Below are positions 1-9,060 of a stretch of 32,000 bases of DNA, one piece after another (within the stretch, counting starts at the first letter, position 1; each line of letters begins with the position of its first letter). The notes beneath the pieces are model-generated. The model ran no database searches. It saw only the letters and a program-made list of their open reading frames with translations, and was not told the DNA's origin. The position numbers and the translations under genes are program-made. This stretch comes from Candidatus Blochmanniella floridana (GTDB lineage: Bacteria > Pseudomonadota > Gammaproteobacteria > Enterobacterales > Enterobacteriaceae), in assembly GCA_000043285.1 (NCBI GenBank), contig BX248583.1, positions 450,001 to 482,000 of the forward strand. Reading direction: 5' to 3'.

Positions 1-316
1 TATTTAATACTAATAAATGCTCATCCTCATAAATTACTGTATTTTGCAAAAACATCATTTCTGATATATTACACATACAAGATTGACGTATTTTTACGTA
101 TTTTATTGCGGGAATTTTCAGTAAATCTCCGATTTTTAACCTATATTGAAACTTAATTCTTTTTTTATTAACACGCACTTTCCCAATGCGTATCATTCGA
201 TAAATCATAGATTTTGGAACCGTTTTTAAATAAAAACTCAAAAAATTATCAACTCTTTGGCCAGCGCAGTGATCAGAAACTTTTAACCAATGCAAACTAA
301 TATTATTTTCTGTCAT
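1..316 (-). CDS. rluC: 23S rRNA pseudouridine synthase RluC, 5' part only (gene runs off the left edge of the window)
   Basis: Hand translation of the minus strand from ATG at 316 gives MTENNISLHWLKVSDHCAGQRVDNFLSFYLKTVPKSMIYRMIRIGKVRVNKKRIKFQYRLKIGD... This matches the S4-like N-terminus of E. coli RluC (..AGQRIDNFL..GVPKSMIYRILRKGEVRVNKKRIK..). The frame is open to position 1. The gene is divergent from rne, as in E. coli. It is absent from the ORF track because it is truncated. Confidence 0.8.
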   Translation of the reverse strand, partial: MTENNISLHWLKVSDHCAGQRVDNFLSFYLKTVPKSMIYRMIRIGKVRVNKKRIKFQYRLKIGDLLKIPAIKYVKIRQSCMCNISEMMFLQNTVIYEDEHLLVLN

Positions 317-735
317 AAGAAATCATGGTAATTCAATAACTGTTTTAATATAATAAAAAAAATTAGTAAAATTGAAAATATAAAAAATTAAAACATATAA
401 ATACTATCATTATGAAATTTTAATTATATTAACAATCATTACATAATAATATATGGTTACGATAAAATACAATGTTGTTATTATATTTAAATATAAATAT
501 TAAATTTCAATACCAATAAAAATACATATATTTATTTTAATAAAAACCATATTAATCTAAAATACTAAAATATTTACAAGTTGTAATTAATTTAAATATA
601 ACTCACAATTGTATAAAAAATTGTAAATTTAAAATCCATTAAATGTCAAACTGTAAAATATTTAAATTCATAAAAATTTAAACTAAACAATATCTATATA
701 TTCTAAGATAAAATATCAACATTGAGTAAAACATA

Positions 736-2868
736 ATGAAAAGAATGTTAATTAACGCTACTCAAAAAGAAGAACTACGAGTAGCATTAGTAGATGGACA
801 ACGACTATATGATTTAGATATCGAAATAATAGGGCACGAACAAAAAAAAGCTAATATTTATAAAGGAAAAATAGTTCGCATTGAACCGAGTCTAGAAGCA
901 GTTTTTGTAGACTATGGATCAGAAAAACACGGATTTTTACCGATCAAAGAAATTTCTCAAGAATATTTTCTTTGCTCGTCATCACATAATAAATCTAGTA
1001 TTAAAGAAATATTACGAGAAGGTCAAGAATTAATTGTACAAATTGATAAAGAAGAAAGAGGAACTAAAGGAGCGGCATTAACTACCTTTATTAGTTTAGC
1101 AGGAAGTTATTTAGTACTCATGCCAAATAATCCAAAATCTGGAGGAATTTCCAGACGTATTGAAGGTAATGAACGTATAGAATTAAAAGAAACTTTATCT
1201 ACTCTAGATTTACCTGAAGGTATGAGCTTAATTATTAGAACAGCTGGAGTTGGCAAATCTATAGAAGCTTTAGAATGGGACTTAACTTCGAGATTACAAC
1301 ATTGGAAAACTATTCAAAATACAGCATCCACACAATTAGCTCCATTTTTAATCCATCAAGATAGCAACGTTATTGTTCGAGCATTCAGAGATTATTTAAA
1401 ACCAGATATAGGAGAAATTTTAATTGATAACCCTGACATTTTAAATATAGCTAAAGAACATATCACTTCTTTAGGTCGACCAGATTTTGTAAAAAAAATT
1501 AAATTATATAATGGAGATATTCCATTATTTAGCCATTATCAAATTGAATCTCAAATAGAATCTGCATTTTTACATGAAGTACGATTACCTTCAGGAGGAT
1601 CAATTATAATTGATACTACTGAAGCATTGACAGCCATTGATATTAATTCTGCTAGATCTACCAAAGGATTAGACATCGAAGACACAGCTTTCAATACAAA
1701 TTTAGAAGCAACAGATGAAATAGCAAGACAACTACGTTTACGAGATGTTGGAGGATTGATAGTAATTGATTTTATCGATATGATTTCTGTAAAACATCAA
1801 CGCGAAATTGAAAATACTTTACGTACAACAGTACGTCAAGATAGAGCTCGCATTCAAATAGGCCGTATCTCTAAATTTGGTCTATTAGAACTATCTAGAC
1901 AACGATTAAGACCATCGTTAGATGAATCAAGTCATCATGTTTGCCCCAGATGTAGTGGAACCGGTAGTATTCGAGATAATAAATCACTTTCTTTATCCAT
2001 TTTAAGACTAATAGAAGAAGAAGCATTAAAAGAAAATACTTATGAAGTACATGCAATTGTTCCTGTAGCTATTGCTACATATTTATTAAATGAAAAAAGA
2101 AAAGCAATTAGTGATATTGAACAACGACAAAAAGGAGTACGAGCAATAATTGTACCATATGAACTGATGAAAACTCCCAATTATGAAGTACGACGTATAC
2201 GAAAAGGAGAAACAAATAATAAACCCAGTTATTTACTAGCAACCCATCATCACAACGAATCATTTCCATCTATATCAGAAAAAACTTTAACACTACATCA
2301 TCGTGGTATTGTGCATAAAAAATTGTTTAATAAAACAAAATTTTTATATTTTCAAAATCTTTATACATATAAAACACCGTATATCAATAATTTACCACAA
2401 CTAAAATTAAAAAAAGTAACCATATGGATACATAAAATTACTAATTTTTGGTTTATTTTTAATACATTCACCACATACTTTTCAATAATAAAAAAACAAT
2501 TAAAAACTTTAAAAAAGAATAATATTTTTAAAAAAATATATATTATTTTTTTTTTAAAAAACACAAACATTTTACACAGTACTAAATATCCTCATAAATC
2601 ATTATATCAAAATAATATATATTCTATTCACAAAAAATATATGCATAACAAAAGCAAACACAGATACAATACCTATTATAAAAAAACAATTCATTACTTC
2701 AATGATCATAAATCTAATCTATATACACACAAACACATTAATAATAATATATACTTCTCAAAACTCATCAAAAATAATATAAATAATTCTCTTATTAATT
2801 CTACTATTGACAACGCAAAAAAAAATAATCATCAATCAAAAAATAAAACACATAAATATAATATTTAA
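736..2868 (+). CDS. rne: Ribonuclease E: conserved N-terminal catalytic half plus a degenerate low-complexity C-terminal tail
   Basis: 710-aa ORF. The N-terminus [30 protein letters not shown] is nearly identical to E. coli RNase E. The S1 region, catalytic core and Zn-link CPRCSGTG are present. The gene is divergent from rluC, as in E. coli. After about residue 500, similarity is replaced by K/N/I/Y/H-rich sequence. Confidence 0.95.
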   Translation: MKRMLINATQKEELRVALVDGQRLYDLDIEIIGHEQKKANIYKGKIVRIEPSLEAVFVDYGSEKHGFLPIKEISQEYFLCSSSHNKSSIKEILREGQELIVQIDKEERGTKGAALTTFISLAGSYLVLMPNNPKSGGISRRIEGNERIELKETLSTLDLPEGMSLIIRTAGVGKSIEALEWDLTSRLQHWKTIQNTASTQLAPFLIHQDSNVIVRAFRDYLKPDIGEILIDNPDILNIAKEHITSLGRPDFVKKIKLYNGDIPLFSHYQIESQIESAFLHEVRLPSGGSIIIDTTEALTAIDINSARSTKGLDIEDTAFNTNLEATDEIARQLRLRDVGGLIVIDFIDMISVKHQREIENTLRTTVRQDRARIQIGRISKFGLLELSRQRLRPSLDESSHHVCPRCSGTGSIRDNKSLSLSILRLIEEEALKENTYEVHAIVPVAIATYLLNEKRKAISDIEQRQKGVRAIIVPYELMKTPNYEVRRIRKGETNNKPSYLLATHHHNESFPSISEKTLTLHHRGIVHKKLFNKTKFLYFQNLYTYKTPYINNLPQLKLKKVTIWIHKITNFWFIFNTFTTYFSIIKKQLKTLKKNNIFKKIYIIFFLKNTNILHSTKYPHKSLYQNNIYSIHKKYMHNKSKHRYNTYYKKTIHYFNDHKSNLYTHKHINNNIYFSKLIKNNINNSLINSTIDNAKKNNHQSKNKTHKYNI

Positions 2869-3266
2869 AATAATTATTTAATATTAATAATATATATATT
2901 TTCATATATTTTATTGCAATTATTTAACGAACCAATACTTACTGTGTTAATCATTAATTTAATGTCATACTAATCTATATAAAACAAATAAGATATGTTT
3001 CTACACTATAAATAATTTATCAATTATTTATATATTTAATATTCATTATATTACTTAATTTTTCGTATTTCATATAAATGATAAATATCAATTGCAAACC
3101 ATACAAAACAATGCTATATATTTTACATATACATAAATTTTTATAAAATATAATATATAAAATTTGTATTGAGTTATTTTCTAATATTATGAAATAATTA
3201 TATTTACTAAACTATCATCATAACCATTACCGTATATATTTTTAGTAACTAATATCTTATGCTTTT

Positions 3267-4193
3267 ATGGAAAGATTACCGATTTTTAAATTCTCATTAT
3301 TGATGCCTCGTTTTTGGATAATATGGTTAGGTATAGCTATACTTTATATAATAGTATTATTACCATATCCTGTAATATACTATTTAGGAATTAATATTGG
3401 TCGAGCAATGAAATATATTATGTTATATCGAGTACAGATTATCCGTAAAAACTTAGATTTATGCTTTCCTCATCTTACAGATTCCGAAAAAAAAACATTG
3501 CTAAACAAAAATTGTGAATCTATGGGAATGGGAATATTTGAAACTGGAATGGCTTGGTTTTGGCCAGAGTATCGAATTAAACGATGGTTTACAATTAATG
3601 GATTTAAACACATTATTCAAGCTAAAAAACAAAAAACAGGAATATTATTACTTGGAATGCATTTCTTAACATTAGAATTAGGAGCTCGTATTCTTGGTAT
3701 TTTAAATCCGGGAATAGGAGTATATCGCCCAAATAATAACCCGTTATTAGATTGGATACAAACTAAAGGACGCTTAAAATCTAACAAAAAAATGATTAAC
3801 AGAACAAATATTAAAAGTGTGGTCTCCGCTTTAAAAAACGGAGAAATTATTTGGTATGCTCCTGATCATGATTATGGCTATAAAAATAGCGTATTCGTGC
3901 CTTTATTTAATGTACCTAATGCAGCTAGCACTATAGGTACATATATACTTACAAAAATAGCTAAACCTGCAGTTATACCGTTTATACCCCGAAGACTTCC
4001 AAAAGCTCTCGGATATGAACTATTAATTTTTCCAAATAAAAATAACAAGATTTCATTGAAAACACGCATCATAACAATACAACATATTAATAAATTAATT
4101 GAGCAAATAATTTTATTAGCACCAGAACAATACATGTGGTTACATCGAAGATTTAAAACAAGACCTCCAGGAGAATCTTCATTCTATTCTTAA
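3267..4193 (+). CDS. lpxL: Lipid A biosynthesis lauroyl acyltransferase (late acyltransferase LpxL/HtrB)
   Basis: The 308-aa ORF is collinear with E. coli LpxL from the N-terminus (..LPxFxxxLLxPRxW..LPYPVIY) to the C-terminus (APEQYMWLHRRFKTRP). Includes the GMHFLTLELGAR and WYAPDHDYG motifs. Confidence 0.93.
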   Translation: MERLPIFKFSLLMPRFWIIWLGIAILYIIVLLPYPVIYYLGINIGRAMKYIMLYRVQIIRKNLDLCFPHLTDSEKKTLLNKNCESMGMGIFETGMAWFWPEYRIKRWFTINGFKHIIQAKKQKTGILLLGMHFLTLELGARILGILNPGIGVYRPNNNPLLDWIQTKGRLKSNKKMINRTNIKSVVSALKNGEIIWYAPDHDYGYKNSVFVPLFNVPNAASTIGTYILTKIAKPAVIPFIPRRLPKALGYELLIFPNKNNKISLKTRIITIQHINKLIEQIILLAPEQYMWLHRRFKTRPPGESSFYS

Positions 4194-4281
4194 AGTGTCA
4201 TATATTACCTTATACTATATATTATATTTAACTCTATTCAATTTACATATCGACTGTCATGATTTTAATCATTAATTACTC

Positions 4282-5228
4282 GTGATACATCAAATAATGT
4301 CATTAATATTTAAAATATTTACATATATTTACTTAATTGTATATATTCAGTATATTTCTGCAATAATTTATGAATTATCTAATCCTAATATTAGATTAAT
4401 AGGTAAGAATTTTAAGTACTCTATTCCACTAAATAATACACATTCTCTTGAATATTTTGCCGAAAAATTTCATGTTGGATTACGCAATATATTACAAGCT
4501 AACCCTGAAATCGATTTATATCTTCCAAACTCAAAGGAAACACTAATAATTCCACAAAAACTTATTTTACCTAATACTCCCCATATAGGAATTATAATAA
4601 ATAAAGCTGAGATGAGATTATATTATTATCCCGAAAAAAATAATAATATTGTTATTATATTTCCAATATCTATTGGAACAATACATCACGAAACTCCAAA
4701 TGATTGGATTACTTCAATAAAAAATAAAAAAAAAATCCTATTTGGATACCTACACAAAGTACACGCAACGAATATATACAACGAGGAGAAATATTACCTA
4801 AACAAATTCCAGCTGGACCTAACAACCCTTTAGGATCTCGTGCTTTATATTTAGGAAAAAGCTACTTAATACACGACGCTAATACTAATTTTGGCATTGG
4901 ACTCAGGGTAACACGAGGATGTATCAGATTAAGAACACAAGATATACAATACCTTTATCTTCTTGCCCCTATTGGAACAAGAGTGCAATTCATCAACGAA
5001 TCGGTAAAATTAACTACTGACTCACAAGGATTACAATATTTAGAAATACACAAACCACTTGATACTAAATCAAGTAATAAAACCAAACATATTTTGGCTC
5101 CAAATAATTTAAAAAAACATGTATATACAATGATAAAAGATTTACCAAATATAGATTACACAATAGTAAATCAAGCCATACAAGAATGTTCTGGAATTCC
5201 AATAAACATTACTATGACTCACCAATAA
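4282..5228 (+). pseudogene. L,D-transpeptidase (LysM + YkuD domain, ErfK/YbiS/YcfS family) interrupted by one frameshift in an A10 tract; possibly still expressed via slippage
   Basis: Track ORFs 4282..4833 and 4983..5228 are two halves of one gene. Frame 3 is stop-free from 4728 to 5228 and encodes NPIWIPT...PAGPNNPLGSRALYLGKSYLIHDANTNFGIGLRVTRGCIRL (catalytic His/Cys motif). The frames join at A10 4726-4735. The likely true start is ATG 4297 (MSLIFKIF...). Confidence 0.85.
4726..4735 (+). repeat. A10 homopolymer, the site of the L,D-transpeptidase frameshift (A11 would restore the frame)
   Basis: Direct count in ...tcaataaaaaat-aaaaaaaaaa-tcctatttgg... With one extra A the product reads ...TSIKNKKKNPIWIPT... 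Confidence 0.9.
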
Positions 5229-5295
5229 ATTATTATTCCTATAAAAATACTATCCTATTCAATGTTTATATAATATCAATAATAAAATTAAAATA

Positions 5296-5378
5296 TACCC
5301 GGGACGAGACTTGAACTCGTACAGTATAAAACTGAGGGATTTTAAGTCCCTTGTGTCTACCAATTCCACCACCCGGGC
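5296..5378 (-). tRNA. leuZ: tRNA-Leu (anticodon UAA), type II with long variable arm; no encoded CCA
   Basis: The minus strand reads GCCCGGGTGGTGGAATTGGTAGACACAAGGGACTTAAAATCCCTCAGTTTTATACTGTACGAGTTCAAGTCTCGTCCCGGGTA. It folds as a cloverleaf with anticodon loop CTTAAAA and is close to E. coli leuZ. It lies downstream of cysT and pgsA, as in E. coli. Confidence 0.9.
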
Positions 5379-5397
5379 ATTCCAAATTACTGACATA

Positions 5398-5468
5398 AGG
5401 CGCGTCTCGGATTCGAACCGAGCTATACGGATTTGCAGTCCGCTACATTACCACTTTGTTAACGCGCC
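5398..5468 (-). tRNA. cysT: tRNA-Cys (anticodon GCA); no encoded CCA
   Basis: The minus strand reads GGCGCGTTAACAAAGTGGTAATGTAGCGGACTGCAAATCCGTATAGCTCGGTTCGAATCCGAGACGCGCCT. It is nearly identical to E. coli cysT and has discriminator U. Confidence 0.92.
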
Positions 5469-5870
5469 CTTCGTACATATTTATTAATTAATACTTATTT
5501 AAAAAATTACAAAATTACACCTTACGTAATTATACTATAATTTATAAATAAGTATTTTAAACAATCAACTGCATACAACATGAATATAATTATCATAGAA
5601 ATTTAAAATTAATAAATCATGATTAGTCACAAAACAATTTTATTACTAATAATATATTATATGAAACTTTATAAAATTATCATAGATAAAAAATAAACAT
5701 CAACTACCTTTATGAACTAATATTGCATGAAAGTTTATTATTCGATAGTTAATATACTTATTAATTAAGATAAAATACTTATCAAAACATATCATATTAT
5801 TTAATATACAATTGATTATTCCTATACATACTTAACAAATCATTATACAATGCATTATTTATCGTTAATT

Positions 5871-6443
5871 TTATTTCAATTTATACTGTAACAGTATAGA
5901 AGATACACTATATACATAATAACACATTGACCATAAGGTCAATAACATGGCAGTATATAAAGAAATTACTCCCATTATTACAGTCCATTCATTTAACCTG
6001 CACAATAATGCAATTAAAGCTAACATTTGTGCAAAGGTTTTAACCTTACTTAACCATATGACAGAAATATTATTTTTGTTATCAACTCTAGCTATACATT
6101 CCCTCAATGATGAAATAAGAATTTCTCGAATAATTATACTAGATATAGGTAAAGTCATCCACCACACATGAAAATGCTCAGATATCAATATCAGAGCCGT
6201 AATTATCATGATTTTATCTGCTATTGGATCAAGAAATCCACCAATTCTACTAGTTTGATTCCATCTACGCGCTAAAAAACCATCAAACCAATCCGTAATA
6301 GCAGCAATAAAAAATATTAAAGTACACAGCATTGGACTCCAATAAATAGGCCAATAAAACACTGCAACAAAGCACGGCACCATTATTATCCGGAATAAAG
6401 TGAGATACATTGGTATATTAAAAACACCATAATACTTAAACAT
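5871..6443 (-). CDS. pgsA: CDP-diacylglycerol--glycerol-3-phosphate 3-phosphatidyltransferase
   Basis: The 190-aa ORF has NIPMYLTLFRIIMVP...DWFDGFLARRWNQTSRIGGFLDPIADK (CDP-alcohol phosphatidyltransferase motif). It is collinear with E. coli PgsA and followed by cysT-leuZ. Confidence 0.93.
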   Translation of the reverse strand: MFKYYGVFNIPMYLTLFRIIMVPCFVAVFYWPIYWSPMLCTLIFFIAAITDWFDGFLARRWNQTSRIGGFLDPIADKIMIITALILISEHFHVWWMTLPISSIIIREILISSLRECIARVDNKNNISVIWLSKVKTFAQMLALIALLCRLNEWTVIMGVISLYTAMLLTLWSMCYYVYSVSSILLQYKLK

Positions 6444-6785
6444 ATTACATATAATTAATACTTGATAAATATTTATATTCTTTGATAATATTTTAGAATA
6501 ATAAAACTATCTAACTTACCATACAATAATTGAAATTTAATCATTATCATAAATAATGATCTCTATATTTTTTATAATTAATATTAAAATACTATATTTA
6601 ACGCCATATAAATATATTTTTAATTTCCTAAAATCAACACAACCTCATATATATATGATATATTATATTGTAAAATTTTTTTAAAAAAATCACAACATAC
6701 ATAAATTATAAATTTCTACATATACATTTTTATATATGCGTTGTTAATAAATTATGTTATAAACAGTATAAATATATTTAATTAT

Positions 6786-6857
6786 GGGTCGTTAGCTCAA
6801 TGGTAGAGCAGTTGACTCTTAATCAATTGATTGTAGGTTCGAGTCCTACACGACCCA
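6786..6857 (+). tRNA. tRNA-Lys with anticodon CUU (lysT-like backbone); no encoded CCA
   Basis: Sequence GGGTCGTTAGCTCAATGGTAGAGCAGTTGACTCTTAATCAATTGATTGTAGGTTCGAGTCCTACACGACCCA. It forms a perfect cloverleaf. The anticodon stem is GTTGA/TCAAT with loop C-T-CTT-A-A. The backbone matches E. coli tRNA-Lys(UUU) except at the wobble position and part of the T arm. Confidence 0.9.
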
Positions 6858-6858
6858 A

Positions 6859-6881
6859 TGCCGTTATAGGATATAACGGCA
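6859..6881 (+). other. 10-bp GC-containing stem-loop 2 nt after tRNA-Lys (possible 3' processing or termination signal; no U-tract)
   Basis: TGCCGTTATA-gga-TATAACGGCA is a perfect 10-bp stem with a 3-nt loop. It is followed by AAAA rather than a T-run, so it is not a canonical intrinsic terminator. Confidence 0.3.
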
Positions 6882-6998
6882 AAAATATATACTCCCCATT
6901 GTTGTTATACATTTATATATAACAAAATCATACACATTAAATTACTATATCACCAATCTATAATATTGTTCAACTCCATATAATGAACATTAAAAAAT

Positions 6999-7082
6999 CG
7001 GAGGAGTAGAGATTCGAACTCTAGAATTTTTTACATTACCGATTTTCAAGACCGGCGCCTTCATCCTCTCGGCCACTCCTCC
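6999..7082 (-). tRNA. serT: tRNA-Ser (anticodon UGA), type II; no encoded CCA
   Basis: The minus strand reads GGAGGAGTGGCCGAGAGGATGAAGGCGCCGGTCTTGAAAATCGGTAATGTAAAAAATTCTAGAGTTCGAATCTCTACTCCTCCG. The anticodon loop is CTTGAAA. It is similar to E. coli serT, which also lies near tusE. Confidence 0.9.
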
Positions 7083-7229
7083 AAAATTGAGTATATATTA
7101 TACAATATAATTAATAAAAAATACATATCAATATACACTATATATATTGATACTACTCTATAATCAAGATAATATATATACTATTATTATCAAAATTTAC
7201 ACATAATTTAATATATGGTGTAATAATAC

Positions 7230-7559
7230 ATGAACCAAGATAAAACGAATATTATTACTGATTTAAATGGATATTTAATTAATACTCAAGATTGGAATGA
7301 AAAAATAGCAATCAAACTTGCTCAATCGGAAGGAATTATACTTAATTCAATACACTGGAAAATAATATATTTTGTTCGTATGTTTTATCAAGAATATAGT
7401 ATGTTTCCAAAAATTCAAACACTAATTAATATTATCGCAACACAACATAATCAAAAAAAAGGAAATAGTAGATATTTAATTCAATTATTTCCAAAAAAAT
7501 CAGTTGCACAACAAATTGCAAAAATCGCTGGACTTCCAAAACCTAAAAAATGTCTGTAA
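7230..7559 (+). CDS. tusE: Sulfurtransferase TusE (DsrC family; 2-thiouridine synthesis at tRNA wobble U34)
   Basis: The 109-aa ORF has the ..KGNSRYLIQLFPK...AKIAGLPKPKKCL C-terminus with the conserved penultimate-region Cys. It is collinear with E. coli TusE (YccK). Confidence 0.88.
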   Translation: MNQDKTNIITDLNGYLINTQDWNEKIAIKLAQSEGIILNSIHWKIIYFVRMFYQEYSMFPKIQTLINIIATQHNQKKGNSRYLIQLFPKKSVAQQIAKIAGLPKPKKCL

Positions 7560-7704
7560 ATTAGATTACCAGAAAATTATATCAAACAATAACACTATAT
7601 ATATCAATTGAATATTGCTATTATACTAACTACTTTAATGCAATCTAATCCTTACATATTATAATCATTGTGCTTTAAACAAGTTATCTTACCTCTCTTG
7701 ATTT

Positions 7705-7734
7705 TTGTTATCACAATCCCACATTTACTATAAT
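7705..7734 (+). promoter_or_regulatory. Candidate sigma70-type promoter of hspQ (TTGTTA - 18 nt - TATAAT)
   Basis: TTGTTA at 7705-7710 and TATAAT at 7729-7734. This would give a roughly 20-nt leader containing the SD AAGGAAA (7750-7756) before ATG 7762. Weak evidence, because such hexamers are common in AT-rich DNA. Confidence 0.3.
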
Positions 7735-7761
7735 ATATACAATAATATTAAGGAAAATTTT

Positions 7762-8079
7762 ATGATTGCTAGTAAATTTAAAATTGGACAACAAGTTAGA
7801 CACAAATTATTAGGATATTTAGGAGTAGTAATAGATATAGATCCAGAATATTCTTTAGAAAAACCTACCTTAGATGAAGTTACTAAAAACGATTCTTTAC
7901 GAAAATTTCCATGGTATCACGTGGTTATGGAAGATGACGAAGGAAAACCTATTCACACTTATTTAGCAGAAATACAATTAGGATACGAAGATACTGTAAT
8001 TCATCCAGAACAATCAACTTTAGACGATCTTGCTGAGTCTATTCGATTACAACTTCAAACACCACGATTAAGAAATTAA
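7762..8079 (+). CDS. hspQ: Heat shock protein HspQ (hemimethylated-DNA-binding YccV family)
   Basis: [32 protein letters not shown]...[21 protein letters not shown]...QTPRLRN matches E. coli HspQ end to end. I prefer ATG 7762, which has an SD, over the track start at 7705. Confidence 0.9.
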   Translation: MIASKFKIGQQVRHKLLGYLGVVIDIDPEYSLEKPTLDEVTKNDSLRKFPWYHVVMEDDEGKPIHTYLAEIQLGYEDTVIHPEQSTLDDLAESIRLQLQTPRLRN

Positions 8080-8127
8080 ATTATCAAGCTTATTACAATA
8101 GTTTCTTAATAACTAAATAAGATATTT

Positions 8128-8195
8128 AATTAATTATTATTCATATGTATAACCTCTTTCGATAATTTTATATATTATATGAATAATAATTAATT
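8128..8195. repeat. AT-only inverted repeat (19-bp perfect arms, 30-nt spacer) 49 nt downstream of hspQ
   Basis: AATTAATTATTATTCATAT (8128-8146) pairs perfectly with ATATGAATAATAATTAATT (8177-8195). Three further pairs follow after one mismatch. Confidence 0.7.
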
Positions 8196-8443
8196 TAATC
8201 AAAATCTATACATTGTAGATATACATAAACACCAAATCAACATCTAATTTTATTATTAATATATTGTTCTATATCAATCTAACATATAATTAAATGCACA
8301 GTATTTCTTTCATTGCATGTCTATTATCAAAAAATATATAATAATTTCTACTAAGCCTATTCAAACTGTTTAATTTTATTATATAAAATATCATGTATTT
8401 AAAAACTAATACCTATATAATATGAGGTAAGGATTCATATCAA

Positions 8444-8962
8444 ATGTTTAACAAACAAGAATTCTATACAAAAGAAGATTTATTAAATTCAAGTAAAGGA
8501 AATTTATTTGGAAAAAAAGGACCGGTTCTTCCAGCTCCTAATATGTTAATGATAGATCGAATAACAAAAATGACAACAAACGGAGGTAATTATAATAAAG
8601 GATTTGTATCAGCAGAACTAGATATACGATCAGATATGTGGTTCTTTAGTTGTCATTTTATTAATGATCCTGTTATGCCAGGATGCTTAGGATTAGATGC
8701 AATGTGGCAATTAGTAGGATTCTATCTAGGTTGGATTGGAGGAAAAGGTAGAGGTCGAGCATTAGGAGTAAAAGAAGTAAAATTTACCGGACAGATTTTA
8801 CCAACTGCTAAAACAGTAACTTATCTGATTCATTTTCGTAAAATTATTACCAGAACTTTAATTATGGGAATGGCTGATGGAGAAGTGATGTGTGATAATA
8901 AAATAATTTATACTGCAGCGGATTTAAAAGTTGGATTGTTTACAAATATTTCAACCTTTTAA
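8444..8962 (+). CDS. fabA: 3-hydroxydecanoyl-ACP dehydratase/isomerase
   Basis: The 172-aa ORF contains ..[32 protein letters not shown]...[31 protein letters not shown].. It is nearly collinear with E. coli FabA, including the active-site His region. Confidence 0.95.
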   Translation: MFNKQEFYTKEDLLNSSKGNLFGKKGPVLPAPNMLMIDRITKMTTNGGNYNKGFVSAELDIRSDMWFFSCHFINDPVMPGCLGLDAMWQLVGFYLGWIGGKGRGRALGVKEVKFTGQILPTAKTVTYLIHFRKIITRTLIMGMADGEVMCDNKIIYTAADLKVGLFTNISTF

Positions 8963-9060
8963 AAATAATTTTTTACTATTTTTATGATTTTAAACAAAAT
9001 CATTTCACTATACATAATAATAAGTAAATTACACTCTTCATAACAAACATTAGGCGAATT

